Origin: Chrysomallon squamiferum
Taxonomy: Eukaryota; Animalia; Mollusca
Reading direction: 5' to 3'
DNA length: 64,000 bases
NCBI GenBank assembly: GCA_012295275.1
Contig: CM022671.1
Coordinates: 28,768,001 to 28,832,000, forward strand
Position numbers and translations under genes: made by a program. Numbering within the stretch: the stretch's first letter is position 1; each line of letters opens with the position of its first letter. Shown piece after piece: positions 55,740 through 64,000 of this stretch. The notes below the pieces were generated by a model. That model was not told where the DNA came from, searched no databases, and saw nothing but the letters and a program-made list of their open reading frames with translations.

Positions 55740-56462
55740 TTTGTTCATTTTCCAAAATTCTGGAAAATTTACTAAATTTGTTCATTTAGACTGTATAAAA
55801 TGGAGGAATTTTAAACTATAAAATTGGAGATAATTGTTCATTTCTGTATAAAAATGTTCAATAATAGTAATATTTGTTCATTTAATAATAAAATAGGGTG
55901 TGTTAATAATAATAATAATTTAATAATAAAATAATAATAATAATAGTAACATTTGTTCATTTAGGAGCTGTATAAAATAGGGTGTGTTAATAATAATAAT
56001 AATAATTGTTCATTTAAATATAAAATTGGATGTGGTGTGTTCATTTTAATGAAATTGGATGTGTTAATAATAATAATAACATTTGTTCATTTAGGAGCTG
56101 TATAAAATTGGGTGTGTTAATAATAATAATAATAATTGTTCATTTAGGAGCTATATAAAATTGGATGTGTTAATAATAATAATAATATTTGTTCATTTTG
56201 TTCATTTAGGATTTGTTCATTTAGGAGCTGTATAAAATTGGGTGTGTTAATAATAATAATAATAATTGTTCTTGTTTGTTTAGTAATAATAGGATTCATT
56301 TGTTCATTTAGGAGCTGTATAAAAATAGGGTGTGTTATAAAAATTTTGGATGTGTTAATAATAATAATAACATTTGTTCACTTAGGAGCTGTATAAAATT
56401 GGGTGTGTTAATAATAATAATAACATTTGTTCATTTAGGAGCTGTATAAAATTGGGTGCGTT
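55740..56462 (+). repeat. About 53-bp minisatellite built from the SARM1 intron/exon-2 boundary
   Basis: Unit (AAT)nAACATTTGTTCATTTAG|GAGCTGTATAAAATTGGGTGTGTT. Intact TTAG|GAGCT junctions at 55965, 56095, 56148, 56225, 56312, 56386 and 56439 (the real exon), with decayed copies from 55740. Confidence 0.92.
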
Positions 56463-56615
56463 GAGCCATTAAAAAGACTCGCTGGGGCACCTAACACTGT
56501 CGCATCCAAGCTGGCTGGAGAAGCCCTTCACATCATTGGTGAAGAAATCCCTCACAGACTGAGCACACAGGTGCCTCTCTGGACCATAGAGGATGTGACA
56601 TACTGGGTTTCACAG
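56439..56615 (+). CDS. SARM1: SARM1 coding exon 2 (end of ARM, start of SAM1)
   Basis: TTTAG| [59 protein letters not shown] |GTAACA; 177 nt, phase 0-0. Confidence 0.93.
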
Positions 56616-57981
56616 GTAACAACATAGTCTGTAGGTTTATCTAGAAGATGCACCCCGTTATTTTTGTTCAGTTTATATTTTTTCTCTTAATAACTGAATT
56701 CATCATTTCTTCTTGACTGTTAAATTCATCATCATCATCATCATAATTCAAGGAGCTATCCTTAGGCAGTAAATATATTTTTTGTATTGTGCATGAAAAT
56801 TGTTTTTCTAAAGTATATAGGTTTATACAGATTTATATTAAATTTACAGTATATCTTCTTTTTTTTACAACCTTTTTAATATTTGGTTTTGAATTTATTT
56901 ATTTATGTATAGTTGTTTATTTGTTATAGCAGTTTGTTTTTTGCGTATGAATGAATGTTTTATTTAAGTATCCTCATGTAGTTAAATATTTAATGTAGTT
57001 ACATATATATTTTTTGTTTTTAGGGAATTATCTCAGATGACTGCAAAGTAAGAATATATTTCATATCTACTTTGTATATATCTGGGCTGTGGTTCATCTC
57101 CAGGTTTTTATTTATCCTGCAGTAAATTCACACAATGCAACACCTGCAAGTTAGCTAATACTATATCATTCAGAGTACTGTCAAAAAACAAATAAATCTG
57201 ATCTCCTTTTTCAGTGTGGTTGTTGTTGTTGATTAGATTCAATTTTTTATTTGTTATTTTTAATATCATACAAGTGCATAATAATGGTAAAATTGTCAGA
57301 TCAATAAAGATCTATTTTTAATGGTAATTTTTGATTGTATTTCTTTTCTTTTCTTGTTTCCATAATCAATTACTGCAGTCAAATACACACTTCATCACAC
57401 TCTGTCTATTAAAGCCTGATTAAATCACATGCCCACTGATCTGTAGTTATTTGTACATGATATTAATGCCAATAAAATAATGATAAAGGAGATAAAAAAA
57501 ATCTAACAACAACATAAAATGTTCAGATGTATTTTAGTTGGTATGGGCAGGTAAAATTAAAAAAAAAAATAAAAAATAAAAAATAAAATTTTATTTGAAA
57601 AAAAGTGAGAGAAATAGAACAAAAATCAACTTTCTTTCTCTTTCATGACCTAATTTTAACTCACTCCATGGTCTCTATACATTGATGAACTGGATAAAGT
57701 CAAAAAAATAAAAATAATAAAATGGTTAATTTCAATTATTTAGTTTAGTGTGTGAAACTGCAGGTTAAATAAAACAGCTAGTTACTGTCATAAGATATCC
57801 TTTTAAATCTTCCTCTGGTTTGACTGGTAAATATTTTTAACAGAGTTTTATGCAGTATTTACCATTCTAATCAGGGCTGGATGAAACCAGTATCTTAAGA
57901 TAATAACTTAATGTCTTTATTTCTGTATATATACATATATTCACATATGTGCTAATCAATTTTTGATTATTTTGTGTAGTT

Positions 57982-58012
<31 letters not shown>

Positions 58013-58027
58013 CGTACTTTGGTGTTG

Positions 58028-58059
<32 letters not shown>

Positions 58060-58656
58060 GGTGGTAGTGGTATTGGTGGTGTTGGTGATAAATATTAAGC
58101 ACTTCAGATAAAGAGGTAACCACATTATGGCAAAACTTTATATTTTGCAGTAGTTTTGTAAAATTATTAATTTTTTATTACAATGAACATTTTTGCAGAT
58201 GCTTTACAGATGTTGTTCTCAAAACATTTCATTATCATGACTTCAAATATATAATGTCATCATCATCATTATCATCATCATCATCCTTTTTTAAATTTCT
58301 GCTTGCTATTAGTATTACTATTATCTTCTTCTGTTTCTTAAAATATTTATTATTATAATTTATTATTATTTTGCATGTATATTTTATTTTCTCATAAAAT
58401 TACTGGTAATGTTAATTTGTTTGTAAATATATCATATTAATGCAACACATGAAAAAATATTTATGTTTATCTCATAAAAGTTAATTGTGCATATATTTGA
58501 TCTAATTTGCATTATACAATACAAATTATTACTTTTATGTCATTTAAATTTGTTTATACTAAATTATAGTTTTAATATCTAATTTAATATAATTACAAAT
58601 TAATTAATTTAAAAATATTGTTAACATTTGATATTGTTGCTGTTGTAGTTGTTATT

Positions 58657-58697
<41 letters not shown>

Positions 58698-58855
58698 ATT
58701 ATTATTATTATTAGCAAAAGTATCATCATCATCATCATCATTATTATTATTACTATTATTAACATCATTATCATCATCATCAATATTATTATTATTATTA
58801 TCATCATTGTTATCCTTTTCATCATCACCATTATCATCATTATTATCATTAACAG

Positions 58856-58980
58856 GCAGGATTTGAAGACTATGCTGCAGATTTTGAGAACTGTCAGGTA
58901 GATGGGGACCTCTTGCTGAGACTAACTGAAGAAGAACTCTCAGAAAGTTTACACATGAATTGTAGAATTTCTAGAAAAAG
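58856..58980 (+). CDS. SARM1: SARM1 coding exon 3 (SAM1)
   Basis: AACAG| AGFEDYAADFENCQVDGDLLLRLTEEELSESLHMNCRISRK(R) |GTACAA; 125 nt. QVDGDLLLRLTEEEL matches human SARM1. Confidence 0.93.
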
Positions 58981-59310
58981 GTACAACAACTACTTCACAG
59001 TCTCTTAACAATTTTTAGAAAACATTTACAGAAAGTTAATTTTTATCTTAGGCTGTGCAAAATTTCTAGAAAAAGGTACTGAAATTTTAGTTTTCTACCT
59101 TAGGCTCTGGGAAGTTTCGAGGAAAAGGTACTGAAATTTTAATTTTTTATCTTAGGCCGTGCAAAATTTCTAGAACTAAGTAAAAAAAAGTATTTCTTAG
59201 TCTCTTCAAAATTAGTCTAGAAAACTGGTGGAGAAAATTTGAATTCTTATCTTACTATCTGCAAAATATCTTGAAAAACGTACATAAATTTTCACCTTTT
59301 ATCTTAAGTT
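58958..59310 (+). repeat. About 52-bp diverged tandem repeat built from the SARM1 exon-3 end and donor
   Basis: Unit TTTTATCTTAG GCTGTGCAAAATTTCTAGAAAAAG GTACTGAAATTTTA. Three clear copies at 59041-59181 and about two decayed ones. The core matches the exon end TGTAGAATTTCTAGAAAAAG|GTAC. Confidence 0.85.
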
Positions 59311-59413
59311 ATGTAGAAGATGTTGAAAATTATATGTCATTTTGGAAAAATATAAATATAATTTATGTAACAGTTTTGTAGAAGCTGTAATAAAATAAAT
59401 GCATTTCTTCCAG

Positions 59414-59646
59414 ATTTCTCAGGGAACTTAAAGACCTGAAGGTCACAGCCAACTATACATCATGTGATCCAAGCAAGCTTTCTGATTGGCTGCTGGAGCT
59501 TGGACCAGATTTCCCCCAGTATACTTACCAGCTGATAATGAATGGAGTAGATAAAGCAGTTATGTCTTCAATGACAGATGAACTGCTCAGAGAATGTGGA
59601 ATATTAAGTGGTGTTCACAGAATGTTAATATTACAAAAAATAAATG
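59414..59646 (+). CDS. SARM1: SARM1 coding exon 4 (SAM1 end, SAM2)
   Basis: TTCCAG| FLRELKDLKVTANYTSCDPSKLSDWLLELGPDFPQYTYQLIMNGVD...ECGILSGVHRMLILQKIN(G) |GTAAAT; 233 nt. Confidence 0.93.
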
Positions 59647-59655
59647 GTAAATGAA

Positions 59656-59686
<31 letters not shown>

Positions 59687-59931
59687 GTTAGTATTTGTGT
59701 ATGGTATTCCACATATTCATGATTTCAGTTAAGATTTTGATTGGTACATTAGAATATTTCTTGCATACAAATATCTTTTGTACAGAGTGGGTCATTTGAT
59801 CATTCATCATACTTTATCCTATTTTAAAAAAAAAAAAAAATCCAAAATCCTTTTTTTCCAACAAATGCTTATATAACACTTTTCCTATTACTTTTCAAAA
59901 CTGATCCTTTTTTTTTTCTTTTTTCTTTCAG

Positions 59932-60052
59932 GTGTCAGACAATCAGATGGACAGATTTCCTTGCCGCTAGACAGTCCTGATGTTGCTACTCAGAATAAAA
60001 CTATTGATGCTTTCATCAGCTACAGAAGATCAAACGGTTCTCAGCTGGCAAG
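59932..60052 (+). CDS. SARM1: SARM1 coding exon 5 (linker, TIR start)
   Basis: TTTCAG| VRQSDGQISLPLDSPDVATQNKTIDAFISYRRSNGSQLA(S) |GTGAGT; 121 nt. Confidence 0.93.
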
Positions 60053-60607
60053 GTGAGTGGCTGTAATGACCCACCACTAACTACAGTAGTCAGTGTCTTC
60101 CCTTGACTCCCCACACATCCCTGAAGTCTTTTGTTTCATTGCAGGACATATCATCAACATGGTTTTTCTGATACTCAACTCTTTGTCCATATTGGTTTAG
60201 CATTTTACTATAAGCCAAAGTTTGTTACCAGCCACTTTTGACTGAAACTGTTTTATCTGAAGCAAGTGTTTAAATAATTTGATTCATCTTTCATTAAGGA
60301 GTACAGTTAAATAATATGTAAAGTTATGCTGTTGTGTAAGTTATTCATATTGTCAAGAATATAAATTAAATAGTGTTGTCACTTTGTCCATGAAGTCAAT
60401 ATATAGGCTTCATATTGGCTAGAAATTTTAAAAGGAAATGTTAACAAAATGTTTGTTACTGATGTTATTATTTTTATATATAGAAATGCACACACACACA
60501 CACACACACATTGTATACATATACAGTCATACATTCTAAAACACAGGCACATACATATAAACATATCTATTATTTTTATTTATTTTTTATTTTATTTTAT
60601 TTTATTT

Positions 60608-60651
<44 letters not shown>

Positions 60652-60687
60652 TTATTATTTTTTATTTTTATTTTAATTATTTTTCAG

Positions 60688-60877
60688 TTTATTAAAAGTG
60701 CATCTTCAGCTGAGGGGATTTTCTGTGTTTATTGACATTGAGCGACTGCGAGCTGGCAAGTTTGATGAGAATCTGTTACTGAGTGTTAAGATGGCTAAAA
60801 ACTTTATCATTGTTCTCACCCCAAACTCCCTAGACAGGTGCATGGGAGATGATGACAAAACAGACTGGGTCCACAAG
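60688..60877 (+). CDS. SARM1: SARM1 coding exon 6 (TIR, BB loop)
   Basis: TTTCAG| [63 protein letters not shown] |GTATTG; 190 nt. Confidence 0.94.
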
Positions 60878-61544
60878 GTATTGCAAAACTATTTTATTAT
60901 TTATATTTTAATTTAATTTTAATTTAATTTTATTTTGTTTTATTTTTTATTATTATTATTTTTATTTTATATTTTATTATTATTATTATTATTTCTAATT
61001 TTATTTTATTTTATTTTATTTTATTTTAATTATTTTTTATTTCAATTTTTTATCTTATTCTTATTTTTATCTATGTTATCCTATTTAATTTCATTTTATT
61101 TTATTTTATTTTATTTTTTATTATTGTTATTTATTTTTTATTTATTTATTTTTTATTTTATTCTTTATTATTATTCTTTTTGTTTTATTTTATTTGTTTA
61201 ATTATTATTGTTATTAATTTTATTTTATTTTATTTTTTTTATTTTATTTTATTTTATTTCCTTTTTTTTATCTTTTCTTATTTTATTTTATTTTATTTTA
61301 TTTATTATTAATCATTATATATATATATATATATATATATTTTGGTTGTTTGTTTTGTTTTCATGTTTTATTTTGCTTTCTTTATTTTATTTCATTTCAT
61401 TTTCTCTCCCAAGTACACACACACTTACACTCACACACACACACACACACTTACACTCACACACACAAATGAATTTTGTCAATTTAAAATTTTTATTTAC
61501 TATATCAGTAACTATTAATGTTAACCCTTTCTGTTCTGTGACAG

Positions 61545-61666
61545 GAGATTGTGGCAGCTATGGACAGTGGGTGTAATATTATTCCACTGTTAGACAACTT
61601 TGAATGGCCATCAGCAGACTCATTGCCAGATGACATCAAGAATTTGAGATTCTTCAATGGAATACG
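61545..61666 (+). CDS. SARM1: SARM1 coding exon 7 (TIR; first codon is the catalytic Glu, human E642 equivalent)
   Basis: GACAG| EIVAAMDSGCNIIPLLDNFEWPSADSLPDDIKNLRFFNGI(R) |GTAGGT; 122 nt. Splicing gives WVHK|EIV. Confidence 0.94.
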
Positions 61667-62391
61667 GTAGGTCTAAGGGTAAAAACCAGGTCAAAGTGTT
61701 AAAACTGTGCTAGATGGAATAAGGTAAATAATTCAGAACAACAAAATTAAAAATGAAATTTGAAAATAAATATGCATCAAATTGTATGAATTACATTTTT
61801 GTCTTTCATATGAAAAATATTTATTTTTATTATATGTAAATAACAAATAAAGACAACTTTTTAAAAATTAAAAAAGAAAGGAAAGAAAAAAATATGTAAA
61901 AAAATATTAAATAAATGATACAAATTTATTAATTTTTAGAAAGAAATACAAGCAAAAAAGTGACTTCAGACTTTTACTATAATTGAAGAAAAGATATCAG
62001 AATTTTAAAATAAAACAGATAAAAATAAGTTTTTTACCTGAGAAAAGTAAGAAATTAAGGGGGAGGGATTTGAGAAAGAAAGAAAAAATATAAATTGAAT
62101 TTTTTTTTATCTCAGACTACACTAACTGTTTGAAGAAGAAAGAAAGAAGAAAATATTTAACTGAAGAAAGACAGAATTAAAATAGATGAATGAATTAATT
62201 CAAATTAATTGTAAAAAGATTATGAAATACCAATAACATTTTCAGCTGAGAGTTAAATAATAATAAAACAAAGAAAACCTTTTTTTAAAAGAATAATAAT
62301 AAAAAAAAAAATTAATTACACTATGGAAAGAGTTATTTGCAGAAAGAAAATGAAATGAAGCAGGTAAAAAAACTAAAATGCTATTTCACAG

Positions 62392-62575
62392 GTGGATACA
62401 TGATTACCAAGACGCGTGTGTCGACAAACTGGAGCAGTTTCTGCGAGGAGAAATCAGTCCAGGTCTTCCAGAAAAATCCAGCACACTCTACCCCAAGTCT
62501 TCAGAACCAAGCTCCAGGCTCACACGCAGCCCAGCCTGTGACAGTCACAGGGTGCCCAGTTCAAGTCCCAGCTGA
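62392..62575 (+). CDS. SARM1: SARM1 last coding exon (TIR end, Ser/Pro-rich tail)
   Basis: TCACAG| [20 protein letters not shown]...PSSSPS*; 184 nt. All eight exon phases are mutually compatible. Confidence 0.93.
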
Positions 62576-62778
62576 TGCCAGTCGTAAACTAAGATAGAAA
62601 AAATCGACTGAGACATTAAATGTTTAACCTGCAGCAGTGTTTTTAATGATATAATACTGTTGTAAGATGTTGCTTATTTTAAAGTTATTTAATGTTTTTA
62701 TTTATTTTAATTTTTAGTTTTAATTTTAATTTTTAATTTAATGTGTGAGTGCAGAAGGTATTAATTGGCTTTTATTTA

Positions 62779-62810
<32 letters not shown>

Positions 62811-63042
62811 CTGAGAAATAATTCGTCAGTTTAAAACCTGTACAGATTAAAAAAAAATTAAATTCATTTTTTATCATATATCTTAATGTTGTAATATTTT
62901 GTGTTTTACCTAATACAAAAAATACGACCCACTTTTGAAGTGTTGTACTGTTTTTATTCCATTTTTAAACCAGAATTTTAATTTTAATTTTCTAATCACT
63001 ATGTTAAACTGGATTCTTGCAATAATATAATAATCATTGTAA

Positions 63043-63081
<39 letters not shown>

Positions 63082-64000
63082 GTAATAAAAAGGTATATAA
63101 AAAAAATATATATGACGTTTGAAAATGTTATTGTAACCCCTTTTATATATTTTGTAGTACCACAGTACCATTTTTTTTTTTTTTTTTTTTTTTTTTTATA
63201 TCTAATACTCAACATTTAATGATTATTCTCAGTAATCATTTCATGAGAAAACAGTCTGGGTATGATTTGAGAAAAACACTTGTCCTTGCTGCAAAATATC
63301 ATAAATCATACCATACTGTTAGTTTATTACTAGGGGTGTATGCTTGTGTTCAGTGACTGATGACTAACATTTGTGCTACCCGATGTGTCTCACATATCAC
63401 AAAATAATTTAGAAAACACTGGTAGATTTTACCAAACCAGCTCATTTATGCCCTTTGAAATATTTTCAGAAATCCATCCACCCAATAACTTGAACTTTTA
63501 GAAAAATGTATTTGCAGGTTTATATAATTTCTTTTTTTATAGTAATTTTTTATTTTTTTTTTTATTTTATTTTATTTTATTTTATTTTTATTTTTTTTTT
63601 TTTTTGAGATTTTTGTGAAGCATAATCATAATTGTTTTGATACTTATTTACAGCACTTGTTATGAGTGGCTTGGACTTCAGTAAAACTTACTTTTGTTTA
63701 ATCTTTAAGCTGTCAAATTAAAGATAATTGTTTGTTATTTTTTTATTATTATTATGTTTTTTTAATTGTTTATTTTTTGTTTTCGTTTGTTTGTTGATTT
63801 TTTAAATTTTTGTACAATGTATATTTAAGAATAGTTAAAAATACAATGATGTGTATATTACTCAAATCATGCTTGTTTTAATTGTTTTGACTTCAAACCG
63901 TATTTTAATCATGCAAACCCCATTGTCTTGTCCAATGTTTAAGTGGAAATTGCTGAATTTCAGCCTAAATGAATATTTGTCTAAAATCTTTGATGTAAGG

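Noticed and set aside
54080-62575. TIR NADase as a bacterial-type defence system or horizontal transfer
   Set aside because: Canonical animal ARM-SAM-SAM-TIR SARM1 with seven GT-AG introns.

Overview
Eukaryotic, AT-rich, microsatellite-dense genomic DNA with spliceosomal introns, most consistent with a mollusc or other lophotrochozoan (inference; the taxon cannot be fixed from sequence). Almost all ORFs in the supplied track are microsatellite artefacts. Five genes are supported: (1) a 679-aa Cys-rich secreted, probably GPI-anchored protein encoded by one coding exon, with an internal ShK-like module (23429-25468, +); (2) an 8-finger C2H2 zinc-finger gene broken by a single-base frameshift (37189-37882, +); (3) tRNA-Val(AAC) (39780-39852, -); (4) a 3-exon C19orf53/UPF0390 homologue missed by the ORF track (45079-43814, -); (5) an 8-exon SARM1 (ARM-SAM-SAM-TIR NADase, 880 aa from the first in-exon ATG; 54080-62575, +), probably head-to-head with C19orf53. 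The most unusual structure is inside SARM1, where exon boundaries have themselves been tandemly amplified. One array gives six decoy copies of a 3' splice acceptor. Another gives three frame-preserving 24-nt AG...GT cassettes that copy the end of the SAM1 exon and are spaced too closely to be spliced together. No expression evidence is available, so these are hypotheses. There is no CRISPR or prokaryotic system.
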